Assembly: GCA_023334545.1 (NCBI GenBank)
Contig: JAADVB010000055.1
Span: 23,996-87,995 of the forward strand
Direction of reading: 5' to 3'
From: Salisapilia sapeloensis CBS 127946
Taxonomy: Eukaryota > Protista > Oomycota
DNA: 64,000 nt
Both the position numbers and the translations under genes were made by a program. This document shows positions 35,413 to 46,640 of this stretch, piece by piece. The number at the start of each line of letters is the position of its first letter. Within the stretch, counting starts at the first letter, position 1. The notes under the pieces are model-generated. The model saw only the letters and a list, made by a program, of their open reading frames with translations, was not told where the DNA came from and searched no databases.

Positions 35413-36771
35413 ATGACCATCTCGGCGGTCCGTCGAGCTGCCAGCCTCACGACTGGAGTGTTCATCATGGTCGGCGTAGGATCTATTTACGGCATTTCGG
35501 CTTGGAATGCAGACCTCAAGGAGCTGCTGCAGTGCTCACAAGCCGGCATTTCGACGGTGTCGTCAATGGCGCTCTTTGGCACGTACCTCTCCTGGGGTCC
35601 AGGCGTCGTCTTCGACATGTTGGGGACGTCCAGAAGCGTTGTCATCGCGGCAGTCGGCCTATTCGCATTGCATGCACTGCTCTACCTGCTCTTGGCATAC
35701 ACTCCTGAGAGCGTGGGTGCCTGGACTGTTGGCTGGTGCCTGTTTGGCGTGGGGCAAGTGGGAGCATTCTGCATCTTTTCCTCCATCGTCTCAAATGAAA
35801 GTCTGTTCGGTGCTTCGAGTCGAGGAAAAGTGATGGCTGTATTGACTTCCTCCTATAGTTGCGGAGGGGCCGTCTTTGCTTTTATCTACCACCATGCTTT
35901 TAATGATGACGTTCCTGACTACTTTTTATTCCTCGGACTCTATCTATTCGTAGTTTGCTTGCTCGGCTGGTTTGTCTTTATACAAGGGAAAAGCATTGAG
36001 GGCAAATATGACAGCGGAATGGAAGTGGTGGCCGCGAATACAGAAGCTGGAGATGCCGTTGATGAAGGCAGATGGGAAGATGAAGTACCTGACATGACGG
36101 GCCTAGACTTGCTGAAAGACGAGAGGTTTTGGCTTTTGTTTGTACCTGTCCTAGTCGTCATAGGCGCTGGGCTGCTTGTAATGTCGACGCTGTCCTTCAT
36201 CGTCGAGTCCCTGGAAGGTCCGATGGAGCAGGTTCCGACGATGGTGGCCATTTTCTCCATTTGCAACACTGTCACGAGACTGGCAACTGGAGCCATTTCC
36301 GACCATCTAATTGATCGCTATCCGAGAGGTTACTGTGCGGCTGCTGCCTCCATCAGCACGCTCTTGACCCAGATTGTCTTTCTGACAATCCCGTCAAATG
36401 CACTCATGGTACCTGTCGCCCTTGCAGGCGTATCGGAGGGAGTGATGTTTGCAACGTTCCCTGTTGTTATACGTGAAACCTTTGGCTTGCGCCATTTTGG
36501 TAAAAACTATGGCATCATCAGCCTAGCGAACTGCATCGGGTACCCACTATTCCTCAGCCCCCTGTCGTCGCTCGTGTATGAGTTAGCGGCCACAAATATG
36601 GAAGATGGTACAGACAAGTGTATTGGGAGTCACTGCTTTCGACCGATCTTTCTACTAGTAATTGTACTTAGCGCCATCTCTTTCATGTCTTGCATGCGAT
36701 TGATCCGACTTCAACGTCGAGCCACGTATCAACCGATTTCGGAGAAACTTAGGCAAGGCATAGAGCTTTAG
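35413..36771 (+). CDS. MFS transporter, Nodulin-like/Mch1-type (paralogue 3)
   Basis: GVVFDMLG, GLDLLKDERFWLLF, RETFGLRHFGKNYG, KCIGSHCF; intronless, 452 aa. Confidence 0.88.
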   Translation: MTISAVRRAASLTTGVFIMVGVGSIYGISAWNADLKELLQCSQAGISTVSSMALFGTYLSWGPGVVFDMLGTSRSVVIAAVGLFALHALLYLLLAYTPESVGAWTVGWCLFGVGQVGAFCIFSSIVSNESLFGASSRGKVMAVLTSSYSCGGAVFAFIYHHAFNDDVPDYFLFLGLYLFVVCLLGWFVFIQGKSIEGKYDSGMEVVAANTEAGDAVDEGRWEDEVPDMTGLDLLKDERFWLLFVPVLVVIGAGLLVMSTLSFIVESLEGPMEQVPTMVAIFSICNTVTRLATGAISDHLIDRYPRGYCAAAASISTLLTQIVFLTIPSNALMVPVALAGVSEGVMFATFPVVIRETFGLRHFGKNYGIISLANCIGYPLFLSPLSSLVYELAATNMEDGTDKCIGSHCFRPIFLLVIVLSAISFMSCMRLIRLQRRATYQPISEKLRQGIEL

Positions 36772-37296
36772 GTTGTAGTAGTCTCTGAATCCTGGGCTAC
36801 ATCCGCGTAAATCAATTGAACGAGGACGCGAGGAATGAGCGATGCAAGTGCCGAAAAATACGGACAAAAATCCACGCGTAGCTTTGGCACGAATTCTTTC
36901 TGTTGCTAGTGTCCCACTACGATCCTATGATGGCGAGGATAGACACTTTTTGCTGCGTCTTGAGTGTATAGTGCAGTCTAGTGCACACCAGTGCCGGATG
37001 TGATTCGTGAATGGCAGAAGAAACCAAAAGTAGAATTTTATACGCGAATGTACCCGACTAGACCATGCACCATCGCAACGTGTCGATATAGTACTTGTAT
37101 TTTCTAAGAAAGGCGATGGTTGGTTTTATTCTTGCGGTTACGTTCTAGATGCGCTCTACTGTCCTTTCGGTAGTTTGAACTTGGCGTCTTTGGGATCGAG
37201 AGATGGCGGACTCCCCATCTTGGCACGTAACCATCGCACGCACAAACTCATTTTGGCTTTTGGCAGAGCAAATATCCACCTACCAGTCTGTTCGTG

Positions 37297-38532
37297 ATGA
37301 AGTGGTCAGCATGCTCGCTACTTATAATCATCTTCTCTTTCCGTACATGGACTTCCGTTGCTGGTACGATGCACTATGTAAACGCTAGCACGCATTTGAC
37401 TTATACTCGCTTCTTGTTTCTAGATCGCATCACTTCCGAAGTTACTTATTGCTGGAGCGTTAATGCTTCTCCTAGCAAAGAAGCTGTGCGTCCAAAAGAC
37501 GTATCTGCTCAAGGCGAAGGAGATAGCTGCCCTCTTTACTTGCAATTGTCGACAAGTGACCTTTCATTTACAGAAGACGAGTCGATGATGGTCACTTGGT
37601 CGGCTATTCCTAACCAGAGTGAAGAGGACAAAATTTTCTCACTCGACCAAGTGGCCATGACGAATAGCCCGGACAAGGACTTGAGCGATAACGTAATTCG
37701 CTCCCAAGTACATCTCTGTGCTAGCGACACTGACTGCAGCATCCTCAACCAAGACTTGCTATCATTTCCTTCTACTGTGAATGTCCATAGAAACCTCACA
37801 CAGACCGGTAATGGAAACTACGATACAGAGAAGTTTGGACCTCATGAACTCGCATTAAAGACTTCTGGAAAGTTTAAGGTCATGGCTCATTTGGTTCTAG
37901 CAGCAAAAGATTCCAATCTTAGATATGAAATCGCATCGTACTTGCACATAGCAGTGGACGGATCAAAAGACACAAGTACAGAGCATTCTGAAGGTAACGA
38001 GCTGCTGTACTTCAATTTAATCGTTCTTGGTACTCTTGCCGTCGTGATCGTCATGGGAACTGTGTGCTTTACGCTTTTCGTTCACAAGGAGCAGAAAGAG
38101 TCTCCGGACCAGCTTTTGGAGCTCGGTCCAGGAAAACACAGCGATGGTGCAAGTTGCGGTGAATATCGCCAGAGCAACTTGTCGCCAATCCCTCGACGGA
38201 AATCGCACTGGACAGACCTGTACGCAACGCAAGATGCGTTGCCGGCGTCCATTCTAGATGATAGTAACAACACTCGCGCGATCTTGAGGGATAGCCGAGT
38301 GTCCTCTCCGACAGAGTCTCCAGAGTTGGCGACAATAGAATTCCACCAAACGGTCACCTACTGGGATGTGCAGCCGAACACACCTCCGCAAGCGCCTAAC
38401 TCGGACGACTCGAACTTGTTGACGCTTCACGAAAGTCCGCCAGGAGCGTTCCCAGGACACAACACGATGATCCCGTTGTCTCGTCCAAGCGTCCGGTCGT
38501 TGACAGGCAGCAGGGAGGAAACTAGTGCATGA
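37297..38532 (+). CDS. Single-pass type I membrane (receptor-like) protein 2
   Basis: ATG 37297 (37294 is GTG). Signal peptide MKWSACSLLIIIFSFRTWTSVA; probable in-frame 60-nt GT-AG intron 37364-37423; ectodomain TYCW..CP..C..C..AHLVL..RYE; TM LIVLGTLAVVIVMGTVCFTLFV. Confidence 0.75.
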   Translation: MKWSACSLLIIIFSFRTWTSVAGTMHYVNASTHLTYTRFLFLDRITSEVTYCWSVNASPSKEAVRPKDVSAQGEGDSCPLYLQLSTSDLSFTEDESMMVTWSAIPNQSEEDKIFSLDQVAMTNSPDKDLSDNVIRSQVHLCASDTDCSILNQDLLSFPSTVNVHRNLTQTGNGNYDTEKFGPHELALKTSGKFKVMAHLVLAAKDSNLRYEIASYLHIAVDGSKDTSTEHSEGNELLYFNLIVLGTLAVVIVMGTVCFTLFVHKEQKESPDQLLELGPGKHSDGASCGEYRQSNLSPIPRRKSHWTDLYATQDALPASILDDSNNTRAILRDSRVSSPTESPELATIEFHQTVTYWDVQPNTPPQAPNSDDSNLLTLHESPPGAFPGHNTMIPLSRPSVRSLTGSREETSA

Positions 38533-38665
38533 TATATCGATGGAGTTGTTTATAATTGACTACGAAGACGCGAGTAGAATAGACGGACAAACAAGTGTAA
38601 AGATTTCACCGCAACGTCACTTTTTGTTTGTCTTACGAATAGCCTTTCGTGAAAGGCTTTTTCAT

Positions 38666-39485
38666 TCACAACGTGTAATGCACGAAGACTGCGATGGCAG
38701 CAAAGCTGAGCACGACGTGGGCCAGGGCGTTATGGTTGAAGTGGTTCTTGGATGGGATCACAACGAGCGCTTGGATGAGCGCGCTGGAGAACTTGAGTCC
38801 GTACACCAGGAGCTCGTTCATGGACGGGCCCCACTGCCAGTCGAAGGCGTAGAGACTGAGGCCCACGCCAAAGACCATGGCTGGCAAGTAGCCGAGGAAC
38901 AAGAAGAAGACGTGCATGCTGAGACTAGCCCAGATGGCTAGGACAATGTACAGAGCAGCAGCAGAGGCAATGAGTCCCGTCGCCCACGTCGCACTCAAGT
39001 ATCGACTGGCAGCAAGAGCCAGCAGGCCAAAGTTGGCGAGAATGGAGGAGCCAAGGACGACTCGCCATGTCACTTCGATGACCCTGTCGATTCCTCTGCG
39101 ACTGAGCTGGACGCCAAAGAAGCGAGCAGTTCTGTCCACAAAGTTCTGGGAGCTGCTCGCATTCGCAAAGGCTTTCATCCCTTTGAAGGCTGCATGGTGC
39201 AGCACGGCGCCAAATCCAGCGCTCATACCGAGGCCAGTGAAGTAGATCATGTACCACCAGATATCCGAGTCTTCTGGCTGGTGATACAGGAGCACGTAGG
39301 CTCCGCAGGCGAATGCCTGAGCTGCTAAGACGTAGTCCGTGATGAAGCACGCCGGCTGCGCATCCCACTCCTCACCTGTTAGCCAAATGAAAGGTTATGC
39401 ACATGCTTAAAACATAGAAATGTAGATTGCACGCACCAGTGGAGTCTTTGTACGACCAGAGAGACCAGGTGTCGGTGTCTGCCAT
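38666..39485 (-). CDS. Multi-pass membrane protein (DUF6962-like), 2 exons
   Basis: Exon 1 MADTDTWSLWSYKDST (ATG 39485) splices to GEEWDAQPACFITDYVLAAQ..., followed by about 7 hydrophobic helices with GAVLHH and FNHNALAH. Family name is from recall. Confidence 0.6.
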
Positions 39486-39896
39486 GGCGGCGGCATCACT
39501 AAACGAATTGCTCAGGTCCTTAGCAGACTGCCTGGCTGCAGACGCTCGCTTCGTGAGCCCTTGGCGTATATTGTTAGCGTCGGATACTTGGGCCGTCATC
39601 GGTTCGCACAGCTTTCGTTCTATTTCTGTGGTTCTCTCGTACTTGTCAACTTCCAATTCGTTCTGGACGCCGCACGAAGCAGTCGCGATGGAACCTAGCT
39701 CCGGTTTTAGGCCAATCAAATCACAGCTGACGCTGATGGATTACTTGACTCATGGCAACTTGGCACGTTTTAACGAGGGTTCTGTCGGTTGCAACCACTA
39801 TTATATAATAATTCTAGATGAAAATGCGACCAAGGTCGAAAAAACTATTTTATTTATAGCCGTGGGAGCTGCCTACATTCGTTGCAAGTGCTTAGT

Positions 39897-42822
39897 ATGC
39901 TCTTTGGCGGCAAGTTGACACTGCAACAGACACATGGAGGTAAAGCAGCATGGCTGAAGGAAAAGGAGCCTAGGCAGCATACCTTGGCGGAAAAGTCCGA
40001 AGTCTTGCATCGGCTCACGAATCACGAATTGAGACTGCTGGAGGAGCTTGAGCGGACGAGAGAGACTTTGCGTCATGAATGGCAGCGAAAGCTGACGCAA
40101 TTAGAAGAGCGGCACCAGTTGATGCATCCAAAGGACGAGGAGCTACTTCGGTCGTTTTCTCCTAAAGAACTCAGGCTAGAGTCTTCATCGACACGCAGGA
40201 GGGTCACAAAAAGACCGTCTTCCGGTCACTCCTTCGGATCGAAGTGTCACGGCAATGAGGCACAGATGACCAAGAGCACCAGCTGTGGAAACCAGTCTGC
40301 AATGGTAACTTCGAAGAAAGCTAGTATTGATATGCTACCTGTGTTGAGTTCCACAGGCGAACCTCCCTTTGATGTTGGACTCAACGCTGGTCCTTCAAAA
40401 GCAACCAAACACCTCTTGCCGATATTCAAGCTCCCTAGTGTTAGTGTCGAAAAGGAAATGGAGGAAATTATCATCAAAGAAGAAAAAGTGGCTGAAGACG
40501 AAGACGATAGGCATGCTGCTGTTCAACATCTTGGACTATCCCTTGAAGAGATTGAAGCTTTGGAGACTGGGTTTCATATCGATCGAGTATTACGTGCAAC
40601 ATCACTATCAAAGCCTTCCAAAGGGACGAAGAAAGACATCCAGCTTCCATTTTTGCATAAGCGAAGACGTCAGCATCAAACACAAAAAATGAGGAGATCG
40701 AGTCATGACAGGTCCAGATCTGCGGGCAATACAAAGCTGAAGCAGGAGTTGGAAGGCGCTATGAAAAGTGTGCAGAGCCTGACGCGTATGGTCAAGGAAG
40801 ACATCCGACGAGCACAGGCGATATGTCCCGCGAAGGAGTTGCAAGCCACTGCGTTTTTCCGTAATTGGGGTCGAAAGAAAATGGAGTCTACCCTCCAACG
40901 ACTCCTACATCAAAAGCAGGCTGCTGCTTGGCAAAAGTGGAAATTAGTGATCGCTTTTGAGAAGCACGAGGAGAAACGTCATGTATACTATCAGTACAAG
41001 GGGACGAAGAAACTAGACAAATTTCTGTTGAACTGGAGGCGGCGACGGCTGCAGCATGCATGGAGTCACTGGTGGAATGACATTGCGTTGGAGAAAGCTA
41101 TGGAGCGGTCGTCATTGGAAAGAAATGCTGCTGAAACTCTCCAGCGAGCGTGGAGAGGGCATCGTGGTCGGTGCTTTTACAAGGCCATGCAAGCGCACGA
41201 GGTATGGAAGCGTCGAACAGAGGCTGCTACCAAATTACAGCGACATTTTCGGGGAAGCTTCGTTCGTAAACTATTGCGACTCCAGCGTCGGCAGCGACAA
41301 ATGGAGAAGGCAGCGATTGTAATACAGTCAGTCGAGAGAGGACGTGTCGGTCGGAAGGTTGCTGCAAAAGTGCGACAGGAGAGACGCGAGTATATAGCTG
41401 CTAGTCGCATCCAGGCGCCATGCAGGGGAAGAGTTGCGAGGATCAGAGTAGCAGCCATGAAGAGAGAGCGAGAGTTGAAAGAGGCCGCGACGCTCATCCA
41501 ACGACGATATCGAGGGCGACTCGGCCGCGCAGCGTACATTCGCCAACAGATTGAGCGATACCATGCCCAAATGGCTGTTCGTGTTCAATGTGCTGTTCGG
41601 AGGATGCTAGCGTATCGACTTCTCCGGAGGCTCCAGAAAGAGGCGACGGAGCTACTTCGAGTGCAAAAACAAGCAGCAACAAATATTCAGCGTGTCTACC
41701 GTGGCCATCGGTACGGCTACTATCTCTTTATCAATAGAAAAGTGCTAAGGCTCATTCTACATGAATAGATCTCGCCTAGGCACCGAAATCAAGCTCATTG
41801 CCTTACGAGAGAAGAATCGTCGGGAAGCAAAAGCAGCAACAACGATCCAGACATACGTCCGGTCGAAACAAGCCATTCAGTTGGTGCGTTGGATGCGTCA
41901 GGAGAGAGCGAATGAATTGGTTTCTTGGGCTCGCGTGTGGGTGGAGTATTGGAGTGAAGACGCGAGTGCCTGGTTTTACTACAACGCTATGACAGGTGAA
42001 GCGCTGTGGCAGCCTCCAGTTACAGGATATACAAAATCCGACGGCTACCTTGTGCTTCAGAACGGCCGAGTGATCGCCAACCCTACCGACGACGTCGTTT
42101 CTTCCACGATCGCATCTCGTAAAGATGTCGGCGACAAGGCAAATAAGGAAGAGGGAGCGGCAAGTGACGATGATGACGAAGATGATAAACTTTGTGTGGA
42201 GTGTGAAGAGGAAGACGCGAGACGCCATTGCGACCAGTGTGAAGATGTGTTCTGCGACGCTTGTTATCAACGTTTGCATGACGGAACGAAGCGTGAGAAG
42301 CACACTTGGAAGGCTATTGGCGCTCTGAGGTGCATCGAGTGCGAGAAGATGAAAGCTACTCGTTGGTGTCAGGTTTGCCAGGACCCGTATTGCTTAGGCT
42401 GCTACTCGATAATTCACTCCAAAGGAAATAAAGCTGCGCATGAGTGGATTACAATGTCGGAGCTCAAGCGACAACAAAAGAGGATGGAGGAAGAAGAAAA
42501 TGCTTATACGTATGACGAGTACCTCCAGTCGACAGAGTATCAGTATGTTAATGAGTATGCGGATGGCTATGAGCCACCAGTGGAAACGCAGGATGTGTAT
42601 GGTAGTGGCTATCAGGAACCAGTTCAAAATGCTGAGGAGGGTGACTACGCTGGTGAAGTGGCAGATCCATTTCATCAACAAGAATACGACTCTCAGTATA
42701 ATGAAGGCTACCAATATGATGACAACGTTAGGAATGAAGGAGAGTGGGTCGAAGCGTATGATGAAACCTCCGGGTATTCCTACTGGTACAACACTCTTAC
42801 AGGAGAATCTCAATGGGGGTAA
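39897..42822 (+). CDS. IQ-motif / WW / tandem B-box zinc-finger protein (2 exons)
   Basis: Many IQ motifs (LQRAWRGHRGR, LQRHFRG, IQRRYRGRLGR, IQRVYRGHR). Intron near 41711-41768. WW (YWSEDASAWFYYNAMTGEALWQPP), two CxxC..CxxC..CxxC..H..H B-box-like units, terminal WW-like unit (YWYNTLTGESQW). Confidence 0.82.
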
Positions 42823-42956
42823 GCGGATAGCAACAGAATCAACGAAGCAATTAAAAGACAGAAACGCACAGATTAATGCAACTTCATTCAAGCTTTCTGA
42901 TACTCGTGACTTGAGAATTTTGCAGGATCACTTGTGCAGAGTCAAGCTGTTATCCA

Positions 42957-44396
42957 CTACAGTCGGTGTCCTGCTCGCACGTTGATCCTGTCCGGTCGGT
43001 CGGGAGCTCGTGTTTGCCATTCATCCGTGTAGCGTGACCACCGACTCCCCAAATTCACACTCGATTGGTATGACGAGTCGCCACTCTCATGGCTTCCTGC
43101 TATAGTAGCCAGACTTAGACCCCGTTGAGAGTCTAATACGTTGCTGTTGCGATCATAGAAGTCGCAGGTTTCTTGCATGGACGGCCTCGTAGCATAGCTC
43201 TCTCCAGATTGACTCGACTGTTCTGAGGTGGTAATCGATCTTGTAGATTTTTGCATATTCAGACTCGACGAGTATGATACATACTCGTCCTGATTGTCCA
43301 CAATATCCAGGAAATTTGGATGACCTAGACGAGTAGTGTCCGGGGTCTGGTCTACGAAGGCTGAAGGTGCGACCGAGATGCCTTCCGACGGAGCAATGCT
43401 ATATCGACTTGATTCGTATTGCGTGCTTTCTTGGTCGTAATGAAGGCTGGGGTCATTGGTACGATACGTGGATGAACCGTTATGGCGCTTTGGTTCTGAC
43501 GATCGAGAGCTTGAATGTGTCAGGTAATTTTGCACTTGAGCTGGAGCTGGCTCCGAGGCCATTTGGGTATGATGGCTGGTTTGTCGTGGGATCGCATTGC
43601 TCATTTTAGACGAGGTGCTCGCCTTGTTCCTCATTTGAGACAATCCACAGGAATCTGTCTGCTGACTGCCCATGCCAGTTGGAGCACAAAAGCCATGGGC
43701 AGCAGTGCTTCGAGTGGCACTATAGTCTTTGCTACTTCTGCGGCAGTATCGCGAGTAGAAGAGGATAAATCCCGTTAGAGCTAAAAAGAAGGCGACACTA
43801 ATCGCTGTAATTACAATGATCAGAGTGTTTGAAAGCCCAAGGTTCTCTTCTGCTTGGATTGACACCTTTTGGTACGCAGCGTAATCGTAACGCGCTCTGT
43901 CCTTACCAGGGAGGACGACGTGCGTCATGACAATGTACTCTCCCTCTTCTTCGAAGACGAAATGATCACGAAAGGTGAAGCGATTTTCATCACTAAAGTT
44001 TCCAATACGTGGAGACGACGAGGTCACTTTGTTCTCAAGCCAATGGAACGGATCGCACTCACTTCCAACCTTGCACGCCACAAAGTCAGACCACGCAATT
44101 TCGACTGTGGACGATTTCTTTTGGTACACGTCTGCGTAGATATCCGTTTGGTTGATACCATTTTCAACAAATTTGGATTCTTCCATGAAAAGTTGTGCTT
44201 GTACTGACATCGATTTGCCCACGATGGCATCACCGAATGACTCAAAGAAGACACTAAGGCTCCCAGGGCAATCGCGACCACTAGCAGCAAGCACGTCTTC
44301 ACTGTTCGTGATGTTCGCATCGTTGTAGCTTTGTGGGATGGCCCAGCAGTATGTAGTTTGACCATGAAAATCGACGCTGATGTCAGTCGCAGACAT
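42957..44396 (-). CDS. Single-pass membrane (receptor-like) protein 3
   Basis: Same ectodomain pattern (TYCW..DCP..CKVGSEC..GEYIVMTHVVLP..RYDYAAY), TM LIIVITAISVAFFLALTGFILFY, S/T-rich tail. No signal peptide at the ATG, and an in-frame TGA lies just upstream, so the 5' end is uncertain. Confidence 0.72.
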   Translation of the reverse strand: MSATDISVDFHGQTTYCWAIPQSYNDANITNSEDVLAASGRDCPGSLSVFFESFGDAIVGKSMSVQAQLFMEESKFVENGINQTDIYADVYQKKSSTVEIAWSDFVACKVGSECDPFHWLENKVTSSSPRIGNFSDENRFTFRDHFVFEEEGEYIVMTHVVLPGKDRARYDYAAYQKVSIQAEENLGLSNTLIIVITAISVAFFLALTGFILFYSRYCRRSSKDYSATRSTAAHGFCAPTGMGSQQTDSCGLSQMRNKASTSSKMSNAIPRQTSHHTQMASEPAPAQVQNYLTHSSSRSSEPKRHNGSSTYRTNDPSLHYDQESTQYESSRYSIAPSEGISVAPSAFVDQTPDTTRLGHPNFLDIVDNQDEYVSYSSSLNMQKSTRSITTSEQSSQSGESYATRPSMQETCDFYDRNSNVLDSQRGLSLATIAGSHESGDSSYQSSVNLGSRWSRYTDEWQTRAPDRPDRINVRAGHRL

Positions 44397-45072
44397 GTTT
44401 CAGCTTGTGCTCGAGTTGCGGAATGGCACGGATCGAAGACCATGTCGTGCTTGCGATGTACCACGGAAAGCGACTTCCATCGATGGGCGTACCTGGCGTG
44501 ACATAGAGGATGATTCCAGTTCCATATGCACAAAGATCTGTCAGTACAGCAAGCACTCTGAGTATGAAGCTTGAATAAATATCGAAATGGAATGCTCTTT
44601 CGACCCATTCGCACCACTTGCACCGAATAACTCTCGACAGGATCATACAGCTTGGCACTGTTTATGGCGTATAATTGAGCTCTCTCGGGAAATGTGAGGG
44701 AGAGATCTATTTTCAAGCTTCCAACTTTGACCATCTTTAACTGGCGCGGAGCATCCATGGGAATCAAATTCCATCGAATGGACACACAATAGAGAATTTT
44801 AGAGCAAATAATTTCCGTTGTACCTGCTTACTGATCGATATTCCATAAATCTCCCTTCGATTGCTTTTGAATTAGTCTCAATACAAGGCCTTCGAAAGCG
44901 AATTGAAGCGATGACTTGAGTGTGATCCAGGTTTCCACTCCACCCGTTCATAAATTTCGAAGTTGTAGCCATTTTGTACAAAATAAATGGAAATGACTGA
45001 TACATCAGCGTTTGCGCTATTCGGTGACAATTAAAAATTGCTGGTCATCAGCTCAATTCCACTTCAAAAACC

Positions 45073-46593
45073 ATGGCGGATGCAGAGCTAATGACGGAGA
45101 CTGAGGAGACCTGGGACGATTGGGTCGACGAAGGCAGTGAAAGTGCACTCCAGTGCCTCTTCTGTAAAGAACAGCTTTCCACTCTTCTGAGCCTACACGA
45201 GCATCTCGAACAAGCGCATGGCTTCTCGCTCCAGCACTACATTGCTCACTTCGAGCTGGACATGTACGGAGCCATTCAGCTCGTCAACTTCCTTCGCACT
45301 CAGAACGCTCAAGGCGTAAGCATTGAGAATGTCAAGAGTAGTTTGAGCAATGAAGGAAAGGCACTTTTCGCAAAAGATGAGTTCATGAAACCATTTATCG
45401 AAAATGACCCAGTGCTGTATTCGCTCGACCTTGACAGCGATGAAGATGACAGTGACGATGACGACGAGGAACATAAATTTAACGAGGCTCCGTCCAAGGC
45501 TTCAAAGGAAAAGAGTTTGGCCGTTTTGGAGCAAGAGAACCAGCAGCTGAAGGAACAGCTTGCCAAGTCTTCGTCGCTGCTGTCCAAGGTAGTCGATGAC
45601 TCCGGTGTACAAGTGCAAACCAAGGCAGACAATGACACGTACTACTTTGATTCGTACTCGAAAGTGGGAATCCATCGTGAAATGCTGGAGGATCGAGTGC
45701 GTACGGAAGGGTACAGGAATGCAATTTTGAACAACGAGTCGCTCTTTAAAGACAAGGTCGTGTTGGATGTCGGCTGCGGCTCTGGTATCCTCAGTCTATT
45801 TGCTGCTCAGGCTGGTGCAAAGCGGGTCATTGGCATTGATAGCAGCGAGATGGCTGATGTGGCGCAAGCAATTGTCCGCGCGAACAAGTACGAGAGCGTC
45901 ATTACGATTCTCAAGGGAAAAGTGGAGGACCTTGAACTGCCGGTGGATGGCGTCGATATCATTGTGTCGGAATGGATGGGCTACAACCTGTTGTACGAAG
46001 CCATGCTGGATACAGTCTTGGTCGCTCGAGATAGGTGGCTGCGGGAGGGTGGTCACGTCTTCCCAGACAAGAGCTCGATGCATCTCCAAGTCGCTACTGA
46101 TTCTGCACGGACGTTTGAGTTCTGGGAAGATGTCTATGGGTTCGACATGACCCCACTTCGCTCTAAGATCACCGTCGCAGACGGCTTTGTGCAAGACGTC
46201 CCGGCATCGGATATTCTTTCGGACAGAGCGTTGCTAAAGGACATTGACATTGCGACAGTCAAGTACGACGACTTGGACTATGAAAGCGCATTTGAGCTGA
46301 CCATTGCCTCTACTGGCGTGATGCATGCCTTCGTGTCGAGCTTTGACATTGGCTTTGAGAAGGGGTGTGAAAAACCAGAGTACTTTACGACCGGAGTGGA
46401 AGGCGAGACGACCCACTGGCACCAAGTGCTCTTCCATCTAGGTCGAAGCGTCCAGGTGACGGCAGGAGACAGGGTAGTAGGCAAGTGGCGTGTGCGACGG
46501 AACGCAGAGAACCCTCGCTGCATGGATGTGGACATTGAATGGAAGAAGGAGGGTGACGAGAGCATGAATGCGCACCGATTTAAGGTTCAATAG
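45073..46593 (+). CDS. PRMT3: Protein arginine N-methyltransferase 3
   Basis: N-terminal WDDW..CLFC..H...H zinc finger and IQLVNFLR; SAM motifs YFDSYS, VLDVGCGSGILSLF, DIIVSEWMGY, THWHQ. Confidence 0.92.
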   Translation: MADAELMTETEETWDDWVDEGSESALQCLFCKEQLSTLLSLHEHLEQAHGFSLQHYIAHFELDMYGAIQLVNFLRTQNAQGVSIENVKSSLSNEGKALFAKDEFMKPFIENDPVLYSLDLDSDEDDSDDDDEEHKFNEAPSKASKEKSLAVLEQENQQLKEQLAKSSSLLSKVVDDSGVQVQTKADNDTYYFDSYSKVGIHREMLEDRVRTEGYRNAILNNESLFKDKVVLDVGCGSGILSLFAAQAGAKRVIGIDSSEMADVAQAIVRANKYESVITILKGKVEDLELPVDGVDIIVSEWMGYNLLYEAMLDTVLVARDRWLREGGHVFPDKSSMHLQVATDSARTFEFWEDVYGFDMTPLRSKITVADGFVQDVPASDILSDRALLKDIDIATVKYDDLDYESAFELTIASTGVMHAFVSSFDIGFEKGCEKPEYFTTGVEGETTHWHQVLFHLGRSVQVTAGDRVVGKWRVRRNAENPRCMDVDIEWKKEGDESMNAHRFKVQ

Positions 46594-46640
46594 ACTTACA
46601 TGTGAAAATTAATTTCTGTTGTTACTTTTTCACCACCACC

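Noticed and set aside
44024-44785. 253-aa minus-strand ORF overlapping the start of receptor-like protein 3
   Set aside because: Out of frame with the conserved ectodomain; no signal peptide or domain; no convincing splice into the gene.
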